Below, piece after piece: positions 13,102 through 27,241 of a DNA stretch of 64,000 bases; positions within the stretch are counted from its first letter, which is position 1, and the number at the start of each line of letters is the position of its first letter. The stretch is taken from NCBI GenBank assembly GCA_051294375.1, contig CM119263.1, forward strand, positions 26,617,130 to 26,681,129. The letters are read 5' to 3'. The notes beneath the pieces are model-generated. The model was given only the letters and a program-made list of their open reading frames with translations. It did no database searches and was not told where the DNA came from. A program made the position numbers and the translations under genes. The DNA comes from Paraspadella gotoi (Eukaryota > Animalia > Chaetognatha).

Positions 13102-14448
13102 AGAGAGAGAGAGGAGAAGAACAGAGAGAGGAGAGAAGAGAGAGGGAGAGGAAGGAGAGAGAGGAGTGTGAAAAAAAAGAAGGAAGAAAAAAAATCGAGG
13201 AACCGCAAAAAAATTTGAGGAAACGAAAAGGATGAATAATGTTGGAGGACGAGGAGGAGAAAGATAGAGAGAGCGTAGATCGTCGACCGTTAATAGGATT
13301 AGAGAGAGAGAGAGAGAGAGGAGGAGAGAGGAGGAGAAGAGAGAAAGGACAGAGGAGGAAGAGAGAGAGAGAGAGACAGAGAATGAGAGAGAGAGAAGAC
13401 AAGAGAGGAGAAGACAGAGACGAGCGAAGAATTGGGGGCAAAGAGAAAATAAAATAGTAATATAACCAGAGCGAGAGCGTAAAAGTGAAGAAACAAAATT
13501 AACATATAAGGAAAAGAAGGAAAAAAAAGCGAAAAATTCAAAGAATAAAAGAATATTAAGAGCTTTGAAAAAGAGTAAGAAAAAAAGAAAGAAAGAAAGA
13601 TAGAAAGAAAGAAAGAAAGAAAGAAAAGCAATAAGGTAAGAAAAAGATAGAAAAGAAAGAAGAGAAAACTACAAACGCATAAAGAGTAAAGAAAAAAGGG
13701 AAGAAAAAAGAAAGGATGAAGAAGAAAGAAAGAAAAGAAAAGACCAAAAAGAAGAAAAGAAAGAAAGAGACAAACAAAAAAGTTCGGATGAAAGAAGATA
13801 CAGCAGACATAAAGCGTCCCAAACTTTTTATCCGACGATGTCCAAAAAATGTTTTTCGCATTTTTTTAAAAATTCAGTAATCCGAACTTGATTTTATTAT
13901 CAGAATTTTTCATCAAATAAAATTTTCAATTCATTTTTGTGCCGTTGGTTTGTATATTTTGCGTTTATTTTGTTTTACTCCGCCAGTCAGCCCCATCGAC
14001 CAATAGCGACTTTCCTCCCAACATCCCGCCAGAAAATCCACCGCTGTCAGTCGGGGGGAAAGAATTGATCCAAAAAAAAAGTAAAAACCTAAAAAAAAAA
14101 AAAAAGAAAAAGAAAAAAGGATTTTTTTGACGACGTTTGGTGAATAAAGTCGAAAAATCCTTATTGCGAAAATTCGCCAAAAGTTAAGATCTGTTTCACA
14201 GTCAAAAAGATTCCTGGTGTGTCAGTGAGAGAGGAGAGAAAAGAGAAGAGAGACGAGAGAGAGAAGAGAGAGAGAGTGTGTGCTTCGTGTGCGACTTTTC
14301 GCCTCGTCTTTCCTCTTCCTCTCTTTCCTCCTCGCAAAGTCGGAAAAGAGTCTCTTCCCCTCCTCTTCTTCCTCCCTCCTCTTCCTCCCATCTCTTCCTC
14401 CTCCTCTTCCATTTTCCGTCCCTCCCTCCCTCCATAGTTTTTTTTGTT

Positions 14449-16028
14449 CTATTACCCTGTTTTTTTTCTTTCTTTTTTTCCTACTATTTTTCCCCCTCCT
14501 TAAATCCAACGGCGCCAACGCCTTTGATCTCTTTCCCCCCTCCACGCCCCCCCTCTCTTTCCTTGATCCGGGTGTGGTTTAAACGAGGTGGTTCTTGGCG
14601 ACTGGAAAGGTGGGGATTAGGGTTAAAAAGAGGCGAATTAAAGATGGTGGAAAAGGGGATGGGGCCCCAGACTTTTTTGTCCGCAGGAATAGTTGGTTTA
14701 CGGTGAATGAGGGGAAGTTTTATGAGAGATTAGAGGCCAAATCATCTCGGAGAAAAAACTGCAGGAAAAACACGGAGAAGTTTATGTTTTTTTCTCCGTT
14801 GTTGTTGTTGTTGTGGTTGTTATAGATGTACGATTTGCGTTTATAATTATATTGTTATCGGTAGCTTTCTCTACAATTTACTAGTTTGTGTCATCTCGCC
14901 TAATTTATATCGAATTGTTTAAATTGTTTTAAATTAGGATTGTTGATTTTTTTTAACTTTCAACATCCGAATTTACTAAGTGTGGCTTTAATGAAATAAA
15001 ACTATGATATAATCAATAAATGTTTTTCACGCTCGCAGCAAATCTTGCTTCTATACAGTGAACCGGCCCTGCGGAAAAACTCAGTCGATGAAAAAACCCA
15101 AAAGGAAATTCGATTTCGGGACAAAATTCCATTGATTTTTCACAAAACGGAAAAAAAAAGAAAGGGAGAAACGTTGAAAATTCTGGAAAACGAAAATGAA
15201 TGGCCAGCGGATGTACATTGCGGTTTAAGAGGCAAGCTGAAGGACTTTGCGTTGGGGGAAAATGGGTTAAGAACCGGACGTAATTCATGCGTGATGGATT
15301 TTTTCAAGGTTCGTTTATTTACAGGAATGGTAAACTTTGATTGTGATAGAAAGAATATGATTCAATTTCGAAATTTAGCTCAGTTTTTCGAGGTTGAAAA
15401 TAAAAACGTCCAGTTAGACTTTTCAGTCTTTTGAGTCTCTCACCGACTTTTGGTTTACGTCACGGAAACGCGAATGCCGCGGGCAAAGTCCGGGTTTGAA
15501 TCCCGAGGACGGAGTTTGATTAATTGAAGATGAGTCGTAGACCGCGGTGGCTTTGTAAAGGGAAGAGGGGGGTTTTTTAGGGGTTGGGGATAAACGTATG
15601 GAATAAGGCAGTAGTTAAAAATTAACCGCTTTATGTCGTTGTTGTGGTTCATTTTTTTTACAATTCAAGGAAAAGAAGGTAAGGACAAAGGTTTCACTGA
15701 ATTTCACCGGATGCGATCGATGACGTGAAGGAAAGAAATGAGAAAGAGGCGACCCATTTAATGCGAATTCAAAATTTAAAGATTAAATAAAAAAAAATTC
15801 CCAGATTCGCAAGAGTCGAGGAGTCGAGAGGTAAACAAAGAGCAGATGTCGCCCGCCTTTGTTTTTTCAAAAGCCGATGATCCTGGCGTTGCGCCACGGG
15901 GCTCATTCGGGCAGGCTCATCGGAGCCCGGAGAGGCCGATTATAAAACGTCGAGAAAGTTGATTCAGCTCGAGAAAGGAGAGTGAGAGAGAGAGGAGAGA
16001 GAGACGAGAGAGAAGAGAGAGTGAGAAG

Positions 16029-16066
<38 letters not shown>

Positions 16067-19000
16067 TTTTGTTTCTTTTCTTGTTTGCGGCGCCATATTT
16101 CTTTTCTCTCTGGCATTTCGCTCATTCCTCGTATTTTCTTATTACTTCTCCGTTTTTTTTTCCGATCTTCATAGAAACTAATTATTTATAGTTCGTTTCA
16201 CGATAATCTTACATTTTAAAACTAATTTGCTTTATAAATTGAGTAAATTTAAACTGTGGTGAACTGAATAACTGTCGAAATTAATTAATTTGTTTAAGTT
16301 CGTTTCAATTTGATTTATCTCGTTAGTCGAATATTTTTCGCCGATCATATTTATCCCGTAAATTTTAGTTTATTTATGGTTTTTATTTGAAAAAGTTTCA
16401 AAAAATTATTTCTAAATATTAAGCGAATTTAACTTAAATTTACATTCATTTATTCTAATTATTCAAATTTAATTCATGTCTTCATTGCTCCGTCAAAAAG
16501 TAAGGGTTTTAGGAATTAATATTTGGGAATACTCAAATCCAAGACGACAATAAAGGCTGAGAATACCCCAGTTTTGAAATTATCGCCACCCATAGGTTTT
16601 GAAGCGAATAAGTCTGAATTTATATCGCATTCACAAGTCTGGATGCATATGAGTTTGCGCAGGAGTGAATTTCACTTCGAAATTCACTTCAAGTTGCGAT
16701 GATTTCGATTCACCGACCTTCAATTTATTTTTTTTTTTTAAATCGACCTGCGAGGAAATTTTAAACGCAAATTTTTCGGCAAAAAAGTATGACGACGACG
16801 ACGACGACGACGACTATCACAAACGCTGACAACGACGATTGAGACAAATTCTTATTTTGTTGCCAATTATAAAAATAAAACTTTAGAAAAAATATATTAA
16901 TCTAAGGATATTGGTGTCGTTGAAACCTCACAGCGAAAAAAAAGTTTTACAAATCGTAGATTTTCGTCGCAAGTTTACGTCTTTTTTGTCATGCTTAGTT
17001 TTTTTTTTCTTTTTTTTTCAATAGTAAATTTATTTTTCATGCTAAACGTTGCTGGGTCATCCGACCTCAACCATTTTTCATTTCGTCGTACAGAAAAAAA
17101 TATTGGAAAAAAGAAAAAAAAAAGAAAGAAAGAAAGTTTAATTCATGTGATCATTAATCTTGTTCTCGCGTCGTTGAACACCTTCGATAGAAAAAAGAAA
17201 GAAAAAATGAAGCTAAACGCCGCATGCGCATGACAGGAAAACGATCGACGGTTAATTCTTCACAGTTATACCCTTTCACTCATCGCCCCTTCTGCACCTC
17301 TTGGCCACGCTTTGAGCCCCAACAACGCTTTGCATCACGAAATGCAATTAAATACAACCTAACCCATATCTTGTGAAATAAAAACTCGCTGCTTTAACTT
17401 AAATCATCCGTACTTCAAACCCTGCCTTCTTTTAGAATTTTTTTAAATTGGTTTCTTGTTTTACAAATATTTAACTTCCCATTCGCTACCTGCCCAAGCG
17501 ACTCCTATCCCTCAACCAACGACTATCCCCAACCCCCCCACTTATCCCCCCCACCTTCAACCCCCTTTTCAACCTCCCCCACCATCAACCCCTTTTACTT
17601 TCGATTGACTCCGTCGTCTTTACATCTCAAGAAACTCCTCATTAATCTCGAGTCGCGACCTCAAAAGACGAAAACTTGACAGAAAAACCGACATCTTTTG
17701 TTTTTCTCCTTTTAATTATCCGAAGATCGAAAGATCGAAAGATCGGAGAGATCCCGCCCACGATACTCCCGTCGAATTTTATCGATCGCGTTGATGCCGA
17801 TTGCCCTAGGGGACCTGATCCAATCCAACCCTTTAACCCTAACTCTAAATCTCCAAAATCCTAAATTCGTTCTATCAAAAAAACAATCTTTTTTTTAATA
17901 TATCCTGTCACTTCTCTCCTAATTTCTACCCCAAGATAAGAATTTTCATTTCTTAAACCCCTCCCCTACTTCCATAACTTTTTTTTCTCCCCCATAACCC
18001 AGATTTCTTCGAGTTCCCCCACCTCCCACACTCCCACTGCCCTATCCCCTAACGAAAACCCCCATTGCCTAATTTTTTAGTCATGTGTATGCGATGAAGC
18101 GGCGAGGAAGTTGACGGAGGACGAGAGGAAAGACGAAGCTGACGTCGTCGTCTCTTCTCAATTGGTCGTCGTCGTCGTCGTCGTCGTAGGATGTAACGGA
18201 AAACAAGGGCGCGAAAAATATTGAAGTCGAAACGAAAAAAAAAAAAGGAAAAATCTTAGGCGAAATTCTAAATCGATAAAATTGTTTGTTCTCGACAACA
18301 ACGGACGAACACAAGGGGAGAATTTAATTTGACGACTCACTTTCCAATTAAGTCAACCCAGAGTAACTCAGGCGCCAGTTGTATTGCACACGAAGATGAA
18401 AATCACATACAGCCAGGACGACAAACTTCAGAATTCAAATAGACGAAGAGGACGGTATATAACCACAATTGGCAATAAAGCGAAACCATATGTAAGCAAA
18501 ACCCCACTACACATCACAGAGAGACACACCCACAGAACAAAAAAAATGAAAAACTAAGTGATACAGAGCGAGATATCCACAGTGAAGCCTCAGTTAAACG
18601 AGATGGATGGCGACCAAGTTCTGATCGGAAAGAAAAAATTGTCGACTCAGGATTTTTTTTTCTCGTTCATTTCGCAGTTCAAACGAAGTTAAAAAAAAAG
18701 ATGCGATCTGCGATTTGAGATCGAAACTTTGACCTTACTCCACTCCCTCTTCCTTCCCCATGCTTACCCCTCGGCCCTTCATGACCCCACGCCTCCAAAA
18801 TTCAATTTCTGCTTGTTCCTCACTTGTTACTTTTCCGTCTTCTCTCCACAATCTTTGTTTCGTCTTTTCAAGTGCGCTCTCATCTTCCCCGACTTCTAAC
18901 ATTACTTAACTTTCCATTGTTTTTTTCTCCTGGTTTCGGTTCTTACTTTTCTTCTTACGGTCTTACCCCGATCACTCACCCTATTTGCTTGACTTTCCTT

Positions 19001-20945
19001 CTCTGCTTTTATCCTAATCTAATTATTCTTCACTTCGCTTTGTTCAAACTATCCCTTACCTTTCGTGGTAAAGGTAAACACTCACCCAGTGGTGAGTCAC
19101 CATCCTCCCCTGCACTCCAGCCTCCTCTCCCTCTCAACCTCCTGTAAACTGCCTTTAACTCCTCGGTAACTCCTTTCAATAAACCACCTCCATAAATCCC
19201 CATACTCCTTCAATAACTCCTCCACTAAATCCCTCATTACCCCTCCACAACTCCTTAATAATACTCCACTAATCCCAATTACTCCTCCAACTCTTCAATA
19301 TCTCCTAAAACAATAATCCCCCATTACCCCTCCAATAATCCTCAATAATTACCGCCCACTAAATCCCAATACTCTTCCACTAACTCCTTCAATAATTACT
19401 CCAGTAAATCTCCATTACTCTCCACTAACTCCTTTAATTAATTTATTCCCCCCCTCACTACCCCACTCCTTGCTTCCTCACCTCCACAGTTTCCCCTCCA
19501 CTCACCACCTCCTCACGCGTCGCCAGCTGCGTCGGTGTCTGGAGGAAACAGTTTCACGTGGGTCGGCTGCTTATGGCGGCGCCCCGGAAGGTTGTGTTTT
19601 GTTGTGTTTGGCGAAAAAGAAAAAGAGAGGGAAAGAGAGAGCGGAGAGAAATAAGAGAGAGGAAGAAGAGTGAAGGGAGGGAGAGAGAGAGAAGAGAGAG
19701 AGAGAAGAGAGAGAGAGAGAGAATAGAGAGAAGAGAGAGAGAGAGAGAGAGAGACGCAAAAAAATTGAAAATCGACCCGGCTCGCAATGCTCGAACGCCG
19801 ACCGGTGAAGCAAAAAAAGCGTAAATATCAAAGATGCCTGAACTACAAATACCAAAAGTGAAGAGAGAAAAGCTGAGGTTGAATTTTGATGTCGGGAAGA
19901 AATCTACGGGTAAAATGAGTTCCGTGAATCCGAAATAGTCGGACATGTAGAAAAGTGGACCGTGAGTCTCGCAAGGTGAGTTCGTTTGCCCCGTCAGCCA
20001 TTGGCCGGAGATTCAACTTACGAAGTCAATTTATTTTGGATTTCTTTTTTATGATAAATACATTTAACAGATATAGTATTATCCGAACTAATATTTGACT
20101 CGGAATGGTCCTTTTAAACAATTGAAAACAGTTCATTGAGGATGGAAGTTAGTACTTAAGAATTAATAAACTAGACTGTTGAGAGAGTCTTGATATGAAA
20201 GCTTGAAGTTGAAGTTCTTGAGCCACCATACCTGTCAAAAAGCTTTTTGACTGTTCAATGAACTGGATAATTGTTCATTGGCTGTACCAATTTCACATAG
20301 TATTTATTTATCTATCTAATTTTTTTTTACAACTAAAACGAATGGGTAAAATATTCATCTTGATCTCAGTTAACTATTACGTTATCGTTATTTTTATAAT
20401 ATTGATTACTCCTTTTTTAATTTATAAGGCAATTTCTAAAATTTTCTAAAGCGTTTTGAACAGCAGATGTCGAGGAGTGCACAACGCAGACAGGTAGCAA
20501 AGTAATAACCAATTAATTTGTCAGAAAAAAAGTTAAAGGGACAAAATCAGCTGTAGTAGACCGTTTCGCCACCTTGTTTTTCATTGATCTGTCCACAACG
20601 AGATCTTTTTCTCGTCGCCCTCGATCGGAGATCGAGATCGTCGTCGAATCGCCTCAGCCCAACCGCGTGCACGCTCTTTGGGTTCTCTAAAGTGGCCAAA
20701 AGGGTCGCGGGTTCGAGACCGGCCTCTGCGGAGTAGGAAAGAGGAAGGGAAAGAAGATCATTTGTTTAAAAAAAAAATTCAAGCTGCTCTCTCTCTCTCT
20801 GTCTCACTCTCATTACAGCATCAACTAAAATCCTCGAAGTCGATTTTTATTCCAACATTATTTTTTTTTTTCGGTAGTTTTTCTTGAGACTAAATTCGGG
20901 TTCGACTCGTATGTTAAATTGGTAATTATTAAAGAGAGGGACAGC

Positions 20946-20983
<38 letters not shown>

Positions 20984-22092
20984 AAGTCAAAAGCTGTTCC
21001 CCTTAGTGGCACTTGAACAACAGTAGTTGTCCTTAAAACTCAAGAAAATATCGAGTAAAAAGAGACTTTCGCTGAGTTAAGACCTTCTGTAAATAAAAAC
21101 CGTTTAGTATTGCTATGTAATAATTCATATTACTACGACAGTCTAGTATCTCAAACCACGGCCCCGCCGTCTCTGTCTGGAATTTCTGTCTCAAGGACAC
21201 GGATTCGTTTTCCCGATCCGAGTATTCTGAACCGGTCTGGGTCTGTGTTCTGCGTCTGTGGTTACGCATGGTCGTCGTCGTCGTCTTCGTCGTCGTCTTC
21301 GTCGGAATGAGATTAGATTGTCATTTTTCGTCGGTTATGTATGTGTACTCCGCCGAAACCAGTTTTTTTATTCCCAATCAAGTGAAAACAACAAAAATCG
21401 TAATTAAAAATCTCGGTTAGAGGGACTTATTTCATTCGAGTTCTTACCTGCCACTCAAACTCGTTCATTACAGAGAATTAAAGTTATAAATGGCGACGCG
21501 CCTCGTCTCACCCCAAAACTTTTTAACTATGTCCAACATCGAATACTTAGTAATTATAAGCGGCAGCACTTTAGCAGCCTCGGTACTTTTTTCCCCGACT
21601 GACAGGTCATCGGATAATTGAGAAAAACAACAAAATAATGAAGATTCGACAAATTAATGATTTTACGCCAAAGTTTACTTTGTTTAGGGGAATGAAGTCT
21701 TGTTTATGGAATGAATGCGACATTCTTTACTACTAAGCTTGACTAAAATGAAGCAGTAAGTGTAATGATAAAGTTATTGGCATTTAAAAACGTAATTGAA
21801 AACAGACGACAATACAAACAGATGGACATACCGACCACACGACGACGGAACAGACGCTTAATTAAGTTGCTTCGCGAGTACTCGCGGCTCAACTAAAAAA
21901 ATTTAAAAAAGAGAAAATCAAGAAAAAAAGGTTTAGAAAAAAAAAAAAGAAAAGTGTGAGAAAAAGATTTGAGATTTGACAAGAAAATGTCGAATATTAA
22001 AGGATGACAGAGTGTACTCTTCTTCATGTTGTCCGTTTCGTTGTCAATCAATTGTTCGTCGAATCTTAATTGGAAAGCGGAGGGTGGAGGAG

Positions 22093-22181
<89 letters not shown>

Positions 22182-23894
22182 CCCTAACCCGGCATCTCCG
22201 GGCCGAAGATCCGAGGCTGATCTCGCCGAACACTCGCCTCTAAGTCCATCACTGTCGAAAAAACTGCGTTCCTCGTTGAATTTACTTCCGCTTTTAGAAA
22301 CATTATGCTCCCCCGCTCTTTCCCACAAAACGCGAGAGAGAGAGAGAAGAGAGCGGACTGAGACAGAGAGAGAAAGAGAGAAGAAGAGAGAGAGAAGAGG
22401 AGAGAGGAGAGAGAAGAGAGAGAGCTAACCAATTTTTTCCGGCAACTTTTCAGCTTTTTTGCGGAAAAAGAATTCTGTGAACTGAAGACGAGAAGGAGAA
22501 GAGGAGAAAAGAAGAAGAAGGAGATGGAGAAGAAGTAGAAGAAAAGAAGAGAAGAAGGAGAAGAAAAGAAGTAAGAAGAAAAAAAGACAAACAAACAAAG
22601 ATTTTCTCGATGTTTTAGCGAAATCATAAAAATGACATTAAAATTTAATACTTTGGTTTTTTTCAATATTATCAGAAACCTCATCAGTTTGAAGGTTCCT
22701 AAAAATAATTTCGTCTCAAATAAAACTTATAATCTTATTTTACTTTTAAAGTAGCAAGAAGCATCACAATAATCTTAATTTAACCTTCTAAGCAGCAGAG
22801 CATGCAACTTAGTTCTTTTAACCTTTCTAAGATGCAAACAGGCCCCAACTTAATGCTAACCTTTCTAAGTGCAACAAGGCCCCAAACTTAATTCTTTTAA
22901 CCTGTCTAAGTACGGCCCCAACTAATTCTTTTAAACCTTTCTAAGTTCAACAAGCACCAAACTGTAAGTTCTTTTAACCTTTCTAAGCTGCAACAAGGCT
23001 CGACTTAATTCTTAAACCTTTTCTCAGTGCAAGACCAAGGCGCCAACTTAGCTTCTTTTAACCTTTTTAAGTGCCAACAAAGCTCCGACTTAATTCTTTT
23101 AACCTTTCTAAGTGCAAAAAGGCCCCAACTTAATTATTTTAACCTTCTAAGTGCTACAAGCGCAAACTTAATTCTTTTAACCTTCTAATTGCACGGCGCT
23201 TTCGAAAATTAATTCAAGTTTTTATTACCCTTCTATTACTTTCTCCCTCCTCTCTTACCCGTCTCTACAGTGACTTATATCATTCCACTGAGATTATTTT
23301 CAACTTCCTTTCTTCCTTAGCCACCTTGCCTTACTCTTCCCCCCACTCTCCACTCCCGCGCCCTCTTTTGACCGCGCCCACATTCCCGCCAAAAGACGCC
23401 CAAGCAGCATCTCGGATTTAGTCCGCAATAACGTTTTCATGATTCTCATTCTGGGAGCAGCGAATTTCTCACCGCGCCGCACGGGTGAGCCTCACCGGCG
23501 GTGCAATCCGCCCACCCTCTCCTTCTCAAAACTCTTTCGCATACCTCGCCTCATTTTTGATCTCAGACATAGAACTCGTTCTTGCGGGAATAGTTTTTAT
23601 ATTTATTTTAATTTATTTATTATTTTCTCCCTGCTTCTCTATATTTTTATCTCTATCATCCTTCCCACCAAAAATTTCTCAATCCTTTTATTTTTCCTTT
23701 TCTTTTTCTTTTCTTCTTTCTTTTTACTTCCTCTTTCCTCCCATCTTCCTTCTTCGTTAGGAATTAACGCCCGACACCTGAAAACCAGATTCTGACGCCA
23801 AAGATTCTAGGCTCGCCTTTTATCTTCGTTGATGCGATCCCTTTCCGGATTAGATAGATAGAGAGATAGAGAGAAAAAGAGAAAAGAGAGAGAG

Positions 23895-23963
<69 letters not shown>

Positions 23964-25413
23964 TGATCGACGCACCAGGAAATCGTTTTATCACCGATCG
24001 TTTTATCACTTTACGATTCGATTCTGTTGCATTTTATTCATCCCCCTTGATCGAAAGTAGTCGGACAGGAGTCGAGACTGTAAAAAGGCGTCTCCGTGTT
24101 GTCGTCGTCGTCGGCGTCGTTTTCGTCGTCATTCATCGTCGTGCAATAGTCTTGATGTTGCGACCTCGGCGCCTGCTGAATGTCTTCAATCGCCCCGTTT
24201 TGTAAGCTATCACTTAACTTTCTTGGGGCGCGCGACATTCGAGATGCACAATGCACATGGTGCATGTACATGGTGCAGTGTTAGATAATAGGAGTTAATT
24301 GTGAGGCGCATTAAAACACCAAGCATGTTCTAAGTCATCGACAAAGATAGCTTATTATTAAACGATAGATAATTTTATATTGTTTACCAAATTTCATGGT
24401 AAATACACAACACAACCACCAACATGGTGATCCGTCTTTATATTTAAAATATATCAATAGTTCCCAGTTGATTGCGCATCCATGAAACTACCGCCCATGT
24501 TCAGGCCTATTAAAGAGGCAAATAAATAAGAAGTTTTTCAAAATGCGACAGGCTATTGTGACTAATTGTTATTGTGTATAGTCAAGTCTATTCGATTCAA
24601 GATGTCGTTTTTTTACCACAAAAATATTGAAATTGAATCGCAGTACACAATAGTAGGAGTCCGTTACATACGACGCCGACTTTCCGCGTTTTTCAAAACC
24701 AATCGAAAAAAAAAATGAAATTCGGCGAAGGAGCTTCTTCTGTTTCGCCGAGTCATGCGATCGCATTTCCGAATTTGCCCTCTGTCGGATTCTTCGTGGT
24801 TGAAAAAACAACATTACTCTAATATTGGATTTCCTCTTTAGTGAGCTTCATGTATCGTCACTTCTCAGCATATCGTCGTCGCCATCATGATCATTATCAT
24901 CGATCGTCATAACCATCATAGTCATCCTCATTAATCATCATCATCGCCTCATCATCATCATCATCATCTCATCATCATCATCATCATTCATCATCATTCA
25001 TCATCATCATCTTCACATCATCATCATCATATCCATCATCATCATCATCATCATACATCATACTCATCAATCATCATTATCATCATTATGTCTTCGTCGA
25101 CACTATTGTAAATTTTGTAAACGACATATCGTTAATGTCGCAATGCTGTTTCTGGATCGCACAGTCGTCGTCGCGTCGTTCACCGCATCAGTTTCGTCTT
25201 CCGTTGTGGTCGTCGAGCACGTCATCGTACGTCGCCTTTTGCGTGCCATCATCGCTCGTCATTGGTCTGTGTTCGTCGTTCCATTGTTGCTCGCCGTCGC
25301 TCGTACGTCGTCTCTCGATTTATCCAAGAGACTCGATGAGAACTTTTTTCCGGTTAATCGAATCGCATTAGGCTGAAATATGGTTTTTCCCTTCGTCCCT
25401 CCCTCTCTCTCTT

Positions 25414-25448
<35 letters not shown>

Positions 25449-25766
25449 TCTCTCATCTCCCCTCTCTCTCTCTCTCTCCTCTCTCTCTCTCATCTCTCTC
25501 TCTTTCCGTTAACCCTTAGTGACCAATCAGTTGCAAAGGCGCGATTGCGACAAATAAAATGTTGATATAACAGGTTCAACTATGTCAACGCGGATTTTTT
25601 TAAGTGTTGACAAAAGAAAAAAAAGTTAAAAGGCCTTTTAAAAAAATTTGTTTAAAAAAAAAGAAAATTCCTCTTTTAATTTGAAAATATGTCCGCTTTG
25701 CGAGAGAGAACCTGTTGATTCGCGTCATCGTCTTTCCAATTCTCTCTCTCTCTCTCTCTCTCTCAG

Positions 25767-25799
<33 letters not shown>

Positions 25800-26946
25800 A
25801 CTCTACCCTCCCATTCCCATTTAATTTTCCAAAATCTGTCCCCTTTCAATGCCGCATTAAAATTTTTTTTGTTCCTTTATTTTCAATCTTTTTCTCATTT
25901 TACGAAATTTTTTCCCATACTCGTTTCATTTATTCCTTTGAATTTTACATGGGAAAGAAATGCCCTCGCTGATTAATTTTTTTTAATTCAGTTTTTCCCC
26001 TTTTTCCCCAGAATCGAATTTTGATTCAAAGACGGTTCAGTTTTCTGTTTGAAATTCAAATAATTTCGTTTTTTTTTACGAAATTCATTAAAGTCATCCT
26101 TTTTTTAATAAGTTATGGCGAAGAATGATAAACTTTCTTTTAATTTATAAAGAAAAACTTGAGTATTTGATTCAATTAGTCCCTTTTTCTTTTTACGATT
26201 TTTTTCGCTCGAAATTTCAAAAAAGGGCGCTCGCAGCCATGAAAAGGCGGGAAACTAGAAAAAAGAACAACAGGATAGATTGAAAATTTGATCAAAATAA
26301 TTATTCAGAATTTAAAAATATTACTGGAGAGTAAAAAATCACTAAAGAAAATTTCCATATATACAATTACATATTCGAATTGTTCCTTACTTTACTCCTC
26401 CTCTCTTGTTGGAATGTGAAAAAAATTAAATCTGCATCGAGCATTCTCGGAGGTAGCTCATTTGCGCCGTCCGTCGACGTCTTATACGCGTCCCGACCCG
26501 CTGCCAATTATACAGCAGATTTCCCTTCCATTTCCTCTTTTATCCATTTATCCATTCATCCATTCTTCCTACGCGTTACTCGGCGATTAAATTCAATCCT
26601 CATTCCGGAAAAATTTTCTTTTCCGATTTCTATTACGAATCGAAATCTCGAAAAAGACGACGATGACGACGACGGCTGACGATGATGAAGATGACGAATT
26701 ATAGTTATCGCCTTCTCTGTTTTCACCTGATCCAGGAAAAACTTGAAAAGTAATATATCCCAATTCGGCCCTTGTATATTGAATATTATTTTCCCCTCAC
26801 CTCTCTACATTCTTAATCTTTCTATCTCGACTGAAGGACTTTTCTCCATATCTTAAAAAAAGTCTATATTTCCATTCGCTGCAATAAAAAGTATCTAATT
26901 TCACTTGATGTTTTATTCGACTCATAACCACAATAATTACTCTCTC

Positions 26947-26997
<51 letters not shown>

Positions 26998-27040
26998 CTC
27001 TCTCTTTCTCTCTCTTTACTCTCTCTCTCTCTCTCTCTCT
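14449..27040 (+). repeat. Copy B of ~12.6 kb direct duplication; indel-rich, probably long-read-derived redundant sequence
   Basis: Matches 270-12900 with frequent 1-2 nt indels. It supplies sequence where copy A has N gaps (about 25400-25664 for gap 11214-11534; about 25750-25834 for gap 11620-11785). Confidence 0.93.
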
Positions 27041-27163
27041 CTGCTCCCCCCACTCCCTCTTTGCTCCTGCCTGTTAAATATATCATCCCCCTCTCTCCAC
27101 CGCCCCCACCTACTCTCTCTACCCCCCCCCCACTCTGAATCACGATACGTCCAACTTTGATGA

Positions 27164-27241
27164 TGGAGAGAGGGGAATCGAACCCCGACGTCCTAGAGTT
27201 TCGGTCGAGTCGTTCGCGCCTTCCAGCCGGCCAAATGTCAG
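27164..27241 (-). pseudogene. tRNA-derived fragment (tRNA pseudogene or SINE head) with Pol III A and B boxes
   Basis: Minus strand: TGGCCGGCTGGaaggcg (A-box-like, 27233-27223) then gggGTTCGATTCccctctctcca (consensus B box / T-loop, 27184-27174) at tRNA-like spacing. The acceptor stem does not pair, so this is not an intact tRNA. Confidence 0.5.

Noticed and set aside
25508-25570. piggyBac-like end (TTAA CCCTT...)
   Set aside because: No matching inverted end identified; motif too short and lies in noisy sequence.
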